Shown here in pieces: positions 39,301 to 50,300 of a DNA stretch of 64,000 bases. Made by a program: the position numbers and the translations under genes. Source of the stretch: Chrysemys picta bellii (Eukaryota); NCBI RefSeq assembly GCF_011386835.1, contig NC_088798.1:110298001-110362000 (forward strand), given 5' to 3'. Below the pieces are notes generated by a model. That model was not told where the DNA came from, made no database searches, and saw nothing but the letters and a program-made list of their open reading frames with translations. Numbering within the stretch: position 1 is the first letter of the stretch; the number at the start of each line of letters is the position of its first letter.

Positions 39301-39844
39301 GCTCAAGCAGCAGCTTCGAGACTCCCAGGAGGAGATGGCCCAGAAAGTCAGTGAGATCTTCAGCTTGAAGACCCAGCTGCGGGAGGCCCGGGCAGAGGTG
39401 CAAGCCAAGGACTCTCAGCTGGCCCAGCTAGGGGACTCCTTCCAGGCCCCACCAGAGCCCAGCTCCTCCCTCCCTTTGGGGGATGCTCCCATGCCAGTCT
39501 GCCAGGACTTCTCTGGCTGTGAAACTGACGACTCCAAGTCTTGGGGTCTTCACAGCGAGAGTGGTGAGCCCCCGGAGAGGCAGGTGGAGTGGCTGTGGGC
39601 AGAGCTGCTGCGGGAGCGGCGCCAGGCCCAGCTGAAGGCTGTGAACTTTGAGCTGGAGCGGAAAACCTGGCAGGAGGAGAAGGAGAAAGTGCTGCGCTAC
39701 CAGAGGGAGATCCAGGCAAGCTACATGGAGATGTACCACCGCAGCCAGGCTTTGGAAAGGGAGCTGCGGCAGCTGCGGGCTGAGCCCAGAGATGCTGACG
39801 CAGACTCACCCTGGATCGAGAGAGTCGAGTCTTCAAAAATCTGA
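36310..39844 (+). CDS. N4BP3: NEDD4-binding protein 3 (LZTS family coiled-coil protein), 4 coding exons, 603 aa
   Basis: join(36310..36726,37173..37736,38516..38773,39272..39844), all phase 0, GT-AG. MATA...[79 protein letters not shown] and ESSKI*. Confidence 0.95.
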
Positions 39845-41027
39845 ATGGGAAGCCAGCAGCCTGGACTGGGAAGGAGCAAGAGCTCTTGGGATGGTACCCA
39901 GGCTGCACCATGGACTGACTGGGCTAGCCAAGGGGGCTTCTCCATTCAGACCGATGATGCTGTGAGCACTGCAGGTCCATCCCTGGGGAAGTCTCAGGAG
40001 CAAGTGTTACTTCTGCCTCTGCAGCAGGGGCCTGTGCTCCAACAGCTGCCTTGGGCAGGGCAAGTTTGCACCATGATTTTTACTGTCTGCCAAACAGAAG
40101 CCCAGCATCAAGTGGGATTTCCTGTTCCTCCTCCCCCATCCCCTGCTGCTTCCTACCCCAGCAAGGGCTCTGGCCCCGCTGGGGAGATGCCCAACTTCCT
40201 CTCCTTACACTGTCCAAGCTGCATGCCTACCAGTCTTGCTGCATGTCCTTCACACTGAGGCTGCACTGCTCACTGGCCCCAGCAGAGAGCTGCGGCAGAG
40301 TAAACCTGCCCTGCTGTGCCAGTGCTGGGTGCCCATGCAGGTAGCCTGGCCTTGGGGCTTGAGGCCTGGGAAATGTGAAACACGGATGCTGCGGATCACT
40401 TCCTGCCAGGGCTAGAGCTGCCCTGGCACCTGGCTCTGCTGGAGTCTCTGCAGCAGGAGAAAAGGAGGGGGGGACAGGTGCAGGGGTTTTGCAGACCACC
40501 CAGGGCTGTGGCCTCTGTGCTGGGGCTTCTCGTGCTGCTTCGGAGCTGGGTCGGTATCCTGACCTAGAGAAGGGGAGATGGAAAGCAGCTCCTGCCAGAG
40601 AGCATGCACCATCGCTCAGACCTGTCCTTGCCCACCCTCCCCCGTTCTGGCCCAGCCGACGTCTGGGTATGAAGCTTTCCCGTGAGGCAGTAACACATGC
40701 CTAGTGAGATGAGATAAATGAAGAACCTTTTCCCCCACCGGCCCGGCCCAGCCCAGGGTGAGGGGAGGGATGGGACCTGCCTGTGTAGAGCGAGAGCCCA
40801 CAGGAGAGCACCTGGTGGGGTCACAGGCACAAGTGCAATCAGGGGGAAGGTGTGGTCAGCTTTCCCCCCCTTCAGCTGCAGAGCACAGCCCAGAACGTAG
40901 GCTGTGGCTTGGTGCTGAGGGGTGGGCAGGGGCAGGCTAGCACCATGGGGTGGGGCAGGGGGCTGGCTGCTGGGTGCTCTGGATATGAAGGTCCAGGCCT
41001 GGCACGGCTCTGCTCAGCCTCTCCTGG

Positions 41028-41033
41028 AATAAA
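41028..41033 (+). terminator. Candidate N4BP3 polyadenylation signal AATAAA
   Basis: AATAAA about 1.2 kb after the stop, with T/GT-rich sequence downstream. Confidence 0.5.
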
Positions 41034-43165
41034 TCTGAATTTGGTACTTCTGGCTCCTGTGGCTGCTTCTTTCTCTCCCGCCATGGGGGGACCCCAGCGG
41101 CTGTCCCTGGGTGCTCAGGGGTGAGTTCCAGGCCTCCCAGCTGACAGGATAGGGCAGCAGGGAAGCTGGTATTTACTCTGCACCCCAGGAGGTTGCTGCA
41201 GCCAAAACTCCATTTGCTGCTGACCAGGGATGTTGAGCTAAAGGCAGGCGTCTGGGAAGGGGAGCAGTGCTCCCAGCGTGGGGACCATGGGCCCAGTTTC
41301 TGAGGATGATGCAGACAGGGCTCCACGTGGCCTGGCCCCTGGCTGTCCAGTGGTAGCAGCAGGGCTGGTCCCACCTCCAGGAGCTGCTTGCTCCATTGTG
41401 TGTGTTCCTGCTGGAGGGGGGGGCTCTGGTTTGTCTCTAATGGGCTGGCAGCAACATGCTGCTCTTTAAGGTCAGACACAAGCCCCCACGAGCAGTCCTG
41501 GTGCAGTGCCACTTGCCTCTCCCAGCTGCAGGTTATCTGATGGGTGGAGAGGAACCAATCTACTCAGTCCTGCTGGACACAGGTGCTGGGGGCTGGCAGG
41601 GTCAATCTCTCTGGCCTCATCCTGGCAGCACCCTCTGGACTCTGCTTGGAACTGAAATACACAAGATGCCAACAGCTGTTGTACCCTCAACCACTGGCCA
41701 GCGTCTCCTTTTAAATCACCTCTTGTCATGGTGGTGCCTGGCACCTGTCCATGCCATCAACCTGGCTTGGCCCTGCAGTGCCAGGCTGTGCACACACAGC
41801 AGTGCTCCTGGCTGCTAGCCCAGTGGGGCTTGGCTCGGAGGAGCTGGAGCCCGAGCCTGGGATCTGCGGCAGGTTTGTTATTCTGGGCCAGCTGGCTGTT
41901 GAAATCTCGTTTGTTTGCTGGTGCCCACATCAGGCCAGGGCTCTGTGGTGCCGGGCTCTGATCCTTGCAGCAGGTTTACACCCAACAATTAGAGCCATGG
42001 GGAGGGGAGGTGGGACCCAGGAGAGGGCGGCACCAAAACTTGGCAGGGAAGCCAGAAACCAAGCTCCTGCCGCAGATGCCACAGGGCAGAGTCGTGGCGT
42101 CTCAGGAAGAACCGAGTGTTTAGATTATTGGGTTGGTGGTGAAACCGGTTTCCTGAATTCCACAACATTGATTCACACTCAGAGAGATGGCGGCCCGGCC
42201 GGGTGTAACTGTCAGTGCTCTGCTGCAGGGGCCCTTCTCCAACAGCCCTGCGAGCAGCTCGCCCTTGCTTGGGATCCTAAGACTACGACAGCCCTTCCTC
42301 CGCATGCTTCTAGCCTGTGCAGACACCCTCGTATTGCCACTGTCTCTCTTTGACCCAAGCACCATCACTGAACCAAAGGGACCCTGTGGAACCCTTTCCA
42401 AACCACCCCAGCAAAATGCTCTCTTCTTAGGGCTGGTGTGGCCAGGGCAGCAGTGACAGCATTGTTCAGCCTGACAACTCCATTGCCTGATTCCAGCCCC
42501 TCGCTCCTAATTACACCCCTGTCTAGCTCCTGTACAACTCACCTCCCCTCTCAGGTAGGGTGATGGCGGGTGGAGATGTGAAGTCATATATCTGTCACTG
42601 AACCAAGCTGCTAAGCAGCTCCCTCCAGCCTGGATGCTGCATGTCTCCTCTCTGAAAACATACCCAGACCTGCATATGCCACTCCATGCCTGCTCCTGGC
42701 CAGGTGCAGGCAGCCGGGCCCCTCGTTGGGCTGGTGCTCAGACAGGGGCATGTGCAGCACCGTGAGGCCCTGGCAGCTGGAGCTCTGCATGCCCCCAGAG
42801 AAGCCACTAGTGCTTCCTGGGGTTGGCCTGGCAGCCCAAAGCTCTGAGCTGAGAGATGGGTCCACTGCAGAATCCTGGGCCCCTTACCAGCTCCTGTGTT
42901 CAGCTGGGCCCAGGGAACCCTGGTCACTGTCTCACCCTTCCCCAGGGCCTGGCATGAGGCAGGAGCCCCTGAGTGCAGCTGCAGCCCCTGTGCTGTGGGC
43001 TGAGGCAGGGAGCAGGGGCTGGGGGGAGCCAGGGACACCCCGACTCCAGGCATGTGGGGCCAGTACGAAGGGCACGAGATCACAAATGGTATTGTGGGTT
43101 CCCTGCTAGGTGCTGACCCAACAGGCTTTCTTCCCTCCCCAGGAGCAGAGCCCGCCTGGGCCTTG

Positions 43166-43775
43166 ACCGCCCCCCCCCCGGCACCATTCCCTCCTCCCCA
43201 GTACTGACCCCCCCCCCGCACCATTCCCTCCCCCCCAGTACTGACCCCCCCCGAACCGTTCCCTCCCCCCAGTACTGACCCCCCCCACACCGTTCCCACC
43301 CTCCCGCACTGACCCCCCCGAACCCTCTGCACCGTACCCTCCCCCCAGCACTGACCCCCCCCTCCCCGCACCGTTCCCACCCTCCCGCACTGACCCCCCG
43401 AACCCCCTGCACGGTACCCTCCCCCCAGCACTGACCCCCCCGCACCATTCCCTCCCCCCAGCACTGACCCCCCCCGCACCGTTCCCACCCTCCCGCACTG
43501 ACCCCCCCCGACCCCCCTGCACGGTACCCTCCCCCCAGTACTGACCCCCCCCGAACCGTTCCCTCCCCCCAGCACTGACCCCCCCGCACCGTTCCCACCC
43601 TCCCGCACTGACCCCCCCGAACCCTCTGCACGGTACCCTCCCCACAGTACTGACCCCCCCCCGAACCGTTCCCTCCCCCCAGCACTGACCCCCCCGCACC
43701 GTTCCCACCCTCCCGCACTGACCCCCCCCGACTCCCCTGCACGGTACCCTCCCCCCAGCACCGACCCCCCCCGCG
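43166..43775. repeat. C-rich minisatellite (about 33-40 bp units) upstream of the RMND5B promoter
   Basis: Alternating (A/G)CACTGACCCCCCCGCACCGTTCCCACCCTCCC and ..CCCCGAACCCCCTGCACGGTACCCTCCCCCCA variants. Confidence 0.9.
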
Positions 43776-43779
43776 AGGA

Positions 43780-44125
43780 GCCGCGCGCTGCACGGCAGTT
43801 TGGGTGCCCAGACGGCCAGGAATCTCGGGCTAAACACCCAGGAAATGGTACATTCCAGCGCTCTCCCCTTCCCCCTGCCCGGCGAGGATGGTTTGCCCGC
43901 ACTGTGGACGGGCGGTACCAAGCTCGGGAGACCAGGGGGCGGCGAGTCCCTAGGTAAGCCCCTCCCGCAGTAATGGGCCAGTCTAGCCCCCTCCCACGCC
44001 GGCTGCCGTAGGAACCTACCACTGCGCGTCTCCCGGGGAGGGGGATCCCGCCGCGCAGTGGGACAGTCCGGGCCCCGGACGCGGCAGCTGCCGGAAGCGC
44101 TGGGCTGAGGCCGCCCCGGCGCCGG
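43780..44125 (+). promoter_or_regulatory. RMND5B CpG promoter and probable non-coding exon 1 (donor CGG|GTGAGT at 44125/44126)
   Basis: CpG island, CCGGAAG ETS motif near 44091 and a consensus donor; the first coding exon starts at an acceptor 13 nt before the ATG. Confidence 0.7.
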
Positions 44126-44215
44126 GTGAGTGGAGCGGGCCGAGCCCGGCGGCCTCGGGGGCTGGAGCCCCAGCTCGGCAGGGTCCGGGGGGCCGCGCGT
44201 GCGGAGGGGGGGGCG

Positions 44216-47200
44216 ATGGAGCCGCGCGCCTGTGTGGTGCGCTGCCCCCGCAGGGTCCGTCGGGCGATGGAGCCGCGCGCCTGTGCGGTGCGTTCCCCCC
44301 GCAGGGCCCGTCGGGCGATGGAGCCATTGGCCTGTGCGGTGCGTTCCCCCCGCAGGGCCCGTCGGGCGATGGAGCCATTGGCCTGTGCGGTGCGTTCCCC
44401 CCGCAGGGTCCGTCGGGTGATGGAGCCATTGGCCTGTGCGGTGCGCTCCCCCCGTAGGGCCCGTCGGGCGATAGAGCCATTGGCCTGTGCGGTGCGTTCC
44501 CCCCGCAGGGTCCGTCGGGCGATGGAGCCATTGGCCTGTGCGGTGCGTTCCCCCCGCAGGGTCCGTCGGGTGATGGAGCCATTGGCCTGTGCGGTGCGTT
44601 CCCCCCGCAGGGTCCGTCGGGTGATGGAGCCATTGGCCTGTGCGGTGCGTTCCCCCCGCAGGGTCCGTCGGGTGATGGAGCCATTGGCCTGTGCGGTGCG
44701 CTCCCCCCGTAGGGCCCGTCGGGCGATAGAGCCATTGGCCTGTGCGGTGCGTTCCCCCCGCAGGGTCCGTCGGGTGATGGAGCCATTGGCCTGTGCGGTG
44801 CGTTCCCCCCGCAGGGTCCGTCGGGTGATGGAGCCATTGGCCTGTGCGGTGCGCTCCCCCCGCAGGGTCCGTCGGGGGATGGAGCCATTGGCCTGTGCGG
44901 TGCGTCCCCCCCGCAGGGTCCGTCGGGTGATGGAGCCGCGCGCCTGTGCGGTGCGCTCCCCCCGCAGGGCCCGTCGGGGGATGGAGCCATTGGCCTGTGC
45001 GGTGCGCTCCCCCCGCAGGGCCCGTCGGGTGATGGAGCCATTGGCCTGTGCGGTGCGTCCCCCCCGCAGGGCCCGTCGGGTGATGGAGCCATTGGCCTGT
45101 GCGGTGCGTTCCCCCCGCAGGGCCCGTCGGGCGATGGAGCCATTGGCCTGTGCGGTGCGTTCCCCCCGCAGGGCCCGTCGGGCGATGGAGCGATTGGCCT
45201 GTGCGGTGCGCTGCCCCCGCAGGGTCCGTCGGGCGATGGAGCCATTGGCCTGTGCGGTGCGTCCCCCCCGCAGGGCCCGTCGGGTGATGGAGCCATTGGC
45301 CTGTGCGGTGCGCTCCCCCCCGCAGGGTCCGTCGGGTGATGGAGCCATTGGCCTGTGCGGTGCGTTCCCCCCGTAGGGTCCGTCGGGTGATGGAGCCATT
45401 GGCCTGTGCGGTGCGTTCCCCCCGCAGGGTCCGTCGGGGGATGGAGCCATTGGCCTGTGCGGTGCGTCCCCCCCGCAGGGTCCGTCGGGTGATGGAGCCG
45501 CGCGCCTGTGCGGTGCGCTCCCCCCGCAGGGCCCGTCGGGTGATGGAGCCATTGGCCTGTGCGGTGCGCTCCCCCCGCAGGGCCCGTCGGGTGATGGAGC
45601 CATTGGCCTGTGCGGTGCGCTCCCCCCCGCAGGGTCCGTCGGGTGATGGAGCCATTGGCCTGTGCGGTGCGTTCCCCCCGTAGGGTCCGTCGGGTGATGG
45701 AGCCATTGGCCTGTGCGGTGCGTTCCCCCCGCAGGGTCCGTCGGGGGATGGAGCCATTGGCCTGTGCGGTGCGTCCCCCCCGCAGGGTCCGTCGGGTGAT
45801 GGAGCCGCGCGCCTGTGCGGTGCGCTCCCCCCGCAGGGCCCGTCGGGTGATGGAGCCATTGGCCTGTGCGGTGCGCTCCCCCCGCAGGGCCCGTCGGGTG
45901 ATGGAGCCATTGGCCTGTATGGTGCGTTCCCCCCGTAGGGCCCGTCGGGCGATGGAGCCATTGGCCTGTGCGGTGCGTTCCCCCCGCAGGGCCCGTCGGG
46001 TGATGGAGCCATTGGCCTGTGCGGTGCGTTCCCCCTGTAGGGTCCGTCGGGCGATGGAGCGATTGGCCTGTGCGGTGCGGTGCGCTGCCCCCGCAGGGTC
46101 CGTCGGGCGATGGAGCCATTGGCCTGTGCGGTGCGTCCCCCCCGCAGGGCCCGTCGGGTGATGGAGCCATTGGCCTGTGCGGTGCGTCCCCCCCGCAGGG
46201 TCCGTCGGGTGATGGAGCCATTGGCCTGTGCGGTGCGTTCCCCCCGTAGGGTCCGTCGGGTGATGGAGCCATTGGCCTGTGCGGTGCGTTCCCCCCGCAG
46301 GGTCCGTCGGGGGATGGAGCCATTGGCCTGTGCGGTGCGTCCCCCCCGCAGGGTCCGTCGGGTGATGGAGCCGCGCGCCTGTGCGGTGCGCTCCCCCCGC
46401 AGGGCCCGTCGGGTGATGGAGCCATTGGCCTGTATGGTGCGTTCCCCCCGTAGGGCCCGTCGGGCGATGGAGCCATTGGCCTGTGCGGTGCGTTCCCCCC
46501 GCAGGGCCCGTCGGGCGATGGAGCCATTGGCCTGTGCGGTGCGTTCCCCCCGTAGGGCCCGTCGGGCGATGGAGCCGCGCACCTGTGCGGTGCGTTCCCC
46601 CCGTAGGGCCCGTCGGGCGATGGAGCCATTGGCCTGTGCGGTGCGCAGCCCCCGCAGGGCCCGTCGGGGGATGGAGCCATTGGCCTGTATGGTGCGTTCC
46701 CCCCGTAGGGCCCGTCGGGCGATGGAGCCGCGCGCCTGTGCGGTGCGCTCCCCCCGCAGGGTCCGTCGGGTGATGGAGCCGCAGGCCTGTGCGGTGCGCT
46801 CCCCCCGCAGGGTCCGTCGGGTGATGGAGCCATTGGCCTGTGCGGTGCGCTCCCCCCGCAGGGCCCGTCGGGTGATGGAGCCACGCGCCTGTGCGGTGCG
46901 CTGCCCCCGCAGGGTCCGTCGGGCGATGGAGCCGCGCGCCTGTGCGGTGCGCTGCCCCCGTAGGGTCCGTCGGGTGATGGAGCCATTGGCCTGTGCGGTG
47001 CGCTCCCCCCGCAGGGCCCGTCGGGTGATGGAGCCGCGCGCCTGTGCGGTGCGCTGCCCCCGCAGGGTCCGTCGGGCGATGGAGCCGTGTGCCTGTGCGG
47101 TGCGCTGCCCCCGTAGGGTCCGTCGGATGATGGAGCCGTGTGCCTGTGGGGCGCGTTCCCCCCGCAGGACCTGTCGGGCGATGGAGCCGTGCGCCTGTGC

Positions 47201-47335
47201 GGTGTGCTCCCCCCGTAGGGCCCGTCGGATGATGGAGCCATGCGCCTGTGCGGTGTGCTCCCCCCCGTAGGGCCCGTCGGATGATGGAACCGCACGCCTG
47301 TGTTGTGTGCTTCTCCCCATAGGGTCCGTTGGGTG
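44216..47335 (+). repeat. 51-bp minisatellite, about 61 copies, derived from the RMND5B acceptor/start-codon junction
   Basis: Consensus ATGGAGCCATTGGCCTGTGCGGTGCGTTCCCCCCGCAGGGTCCGTCGGGTG. The distance from the first ATG (44216) to the true ATG (47336) is 3120 = 61x51+9; the extra 9 nt come from four +1 units and one 5-nt duplication. Confidence 0.97.
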
Positions 47336-50300
47336 ATGGAGCTGTGCGCCTGTGTGGAGCGAGAGCTGGACAAAGTGCTGCACAAGTTCCTGAGCTACGG
47401 GCAGCACTGTGAGCAGAGCCTAGAGGAGCTGCTCTGTTACGTGAGCCAACTGCGCCAGGAGCTCGGCAGCGCAGGTACCACAGCTCGCCAGCATGATGTA
47501 GTGACACAGCACAGTGCTGCTTCTGGAGCCGGTCCTGTTCCCAAACCGCAGCTTGGTACTTAGGAGCAGAGCGCCGTGTCCGGGCGGGGTGGTCACTGAT
47601 GGCAGATCTATGGATGGAGACTGACCTCCACTGAGCAGACAGCCCTGTGGCTCAGCCCTCGTTCTGACTAGGGAGGCTGTAGGCCAGTGTGGGGACACGC
47701 CTGCTCTTGGGGGGCGGAATCCTAGCAGAGCTTTCTGTCCGGGCGCGCGCTGTGAGGTGTCTGCCTGCAAAGGGTGCTATTGAGTATCTGAGGCTGTTGC
47801 TCTAGACCAGACGTGGGCAAATTACGGCCCATGGGACCGTCCTGCCCGGCCCCTGAGATCCCGGCCGGGGAGCCTGTCCCCCCTCCCCCGCAGCCACGCC
47901 ACAGTGCGGGCCGCGCTCTGGCCCGCTGCTCCCACTGGGCAGCGTGGGGAGCGCAGCTGGCTCTGGCCGGGTGTCGTGGCTGTGAGCTCCTGCTGCTGGT
48001 AAGGGGGTGGGGAGCAGGGGGGTTGGGTAAGGGAGCGGGGAGTCCTGGGGGGCAGTCAGGGAGCAGGGGGTGATTGGATGGGGCAGAGATTCGGGGGAGG
48101 CAGTCAGGGGATGGGGAACAGGGAGGGTTGGGAGTGGGAGTCCCGGGGGGGCTGTCAGGGGGCGGGGGTGTGGACAGGGGTCGGGGCAGTCAGGGGACAG
48201 GGAGCAGGGGGGTTGGTTAAGGGGCGGGGGTCCCGGGAGGGGGTGGTCAGGGGACAAGGAGAAGGGGGGGTTGGACGGGTTGGGGGCTCTGAGGGGGGCA
48301 GTCAGGAGGCGGGGGCCAGGCTGTTTGGGGAGGCACATCCTTCCCTACCCGGCCCTCAATACAGTTGCACAACCCCGATGTGGCCCTCGGGCCAAAAAGT
48401 TTGCTCACCCCTACTCTAGACCAGCACTGGTCAAAGCCCTCGGCTGCACCAACCATTTCCAGCTGCTCCCATTCAGTTCTGCATTATCTGGCCCCTGGGC
48501 GCTCAGGCTGCTCCGGATCCCAGCCCTGCAGCGGGGAGCAGTTCCCAAACTCGGGTGGATTAGAGGTGGTTTAGTTAAACGGAAGTCACACCGCAGTCTA
48601 GCACAGGGCTCGTTGTTCTGGCGGGGGAGGGGGAGTTCTGGTGCATGGTGCAGAGTTTGGCAGATGTAGCTCAGAGCTACTGCTTTTCTGGTGCAAAGCC
48701 TTAGCAGTAAGGGCCTTGCACTTCCTGGAATAGGCTCCTGGCTAGTCCGCGCAGCCAGGTCTGAAGAGCCTTTCTGCTGCAGCCCTGCAGGGGGCACCGC
48801 TCTCTGCCACGCTCTCCCTGGTGATGGCCCAGTGCTGTCGGAAGATCAAAGACACGGTGCAGAAACTGGCCTCGGACCATAAAGATATTCACAGCAGTGT
48901 CTCCAGGGTGGGCAAAGCCATCGATAGGGTGAGTACTCCCTTTCGTCTAGAGTCCAGGGGCTGGACCTGGGCACCAGATGGGAATCCCTGCCTTAGTGAT
49001 GGCTTTCGCTCCCATTGGTTCTTTGGCCCTCGGCAGGCTGGAGCATGGGAAGAAGATTTCCCCCAAGGTCTCCCTCATCTGCTGGTGCCCAGTGGCATCA
49101 TGGTGGGAGCCAGTTTTCATGGTGTTGGGCTTTCTATGGTCCTGAGCATCTCCTGCTCCTGTGCGTTCATGCCCGTTATATGTGCTGCAGTCAGGATCGG
49201 GGCCCTCCCGTGCTGACGTGTTCTTGGCCCTAAGGAACTCACATTCCACCTCTGTGACGGGCTCCCCGGGGTACAGCTGGAACTGGGGTACTGCTGTGCC
49301 CCCTTAACTCTCCAAACTCTCACAATGCTTTGCTAGTGAAAAGAAGCAAACCCCTCCAGGCGCTGTTATCACTCAGTACAACAGCATGTGGAGCCCACCC
49401 CCAGCTAAATGCTCCCAGAGACACTCATGAATCACATGGAGAAAAGCACCAGCAAATCTTCTAAGACCCCAGTCTTGCACCCCAGAGCTGTTCCGTCTTG
49501 CCCTGGTCAGAAGCCTGACCAGTGTACGTTTATTACCCAGTCTGCCCTCCCTCGATGTGGAGAGGACAGACACTAGCCTTTGTAAACTGAGCTGAGATTT
49601 ACCAAGCACTTCAATTGAAACACACTGTTTTAGGTAAAATATAAAACAGATTTATTAACTACAGAGAGATTTTAAGTGATTAGAAGTGGTAGCCACAAAA
49701 GGTCAGAGATAGTTACCAAAGGAAATAAAAGATAAGTGTGCAGTCTAAATCTTAAACCTTATTACATTAGGCAGTATTGGGATGAAGCAGTTTTTCTCAT
49801 CCCACTGGATGTTGCAAATAGGTTATAGTCCTTAACACACAGGCTTCCCCTTTAAGCCTGGGACCAGTCTCCTCAGTTCAAGTCTTTGTCTTCCCAGTGT
49901 TCTTGTTGCTTCCAGCGTAGGTGGGGGAGGCGAAAGGCCAAGGCATGATGCCGCTGTCCCCTATTTTATATCCTCAGTCCCTGTGCCTGGAAAACCAGGT
50001 GGGCTTTGCTGAGTCATGGAGTTGAGCAATCCCCCATTGTGTGATTCTTGTGCAGCTCTCTTACTGTACTTGTATTGTAAATCCCTTGTTTACAACTCCC
50101 CTGCTGTTTAGTGGTCACTTAACACCTTCCTGGGTGGGGATCACCTCCTCTGTTGTCACTAGAGAACTAGTAACAACCATACAGCAAAATCTCACAACTT
50201 CATACACACAAATGGCATACATATTTGGACAGAACAATGGGTTTCTGCAGATCATGACCTTTCATATGATTCCTTACATGGCATGCTTTGTATGAAATAG

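Noticed and set aside
44216-47335. CRISPR-like array
   Set aside because: Units are contiguous near-identical repeats with no unique spacers, there are no cas genes, and the context is eukaryotic.
42595-47507. Very long minus-strand ORFs (1596, 1433 and 1163 aa)
   Set aside because: They are stop-free readings of the 51-bp and C-rich minisatellites in GC-rich DNA, with no domain content, promoter or splice support.
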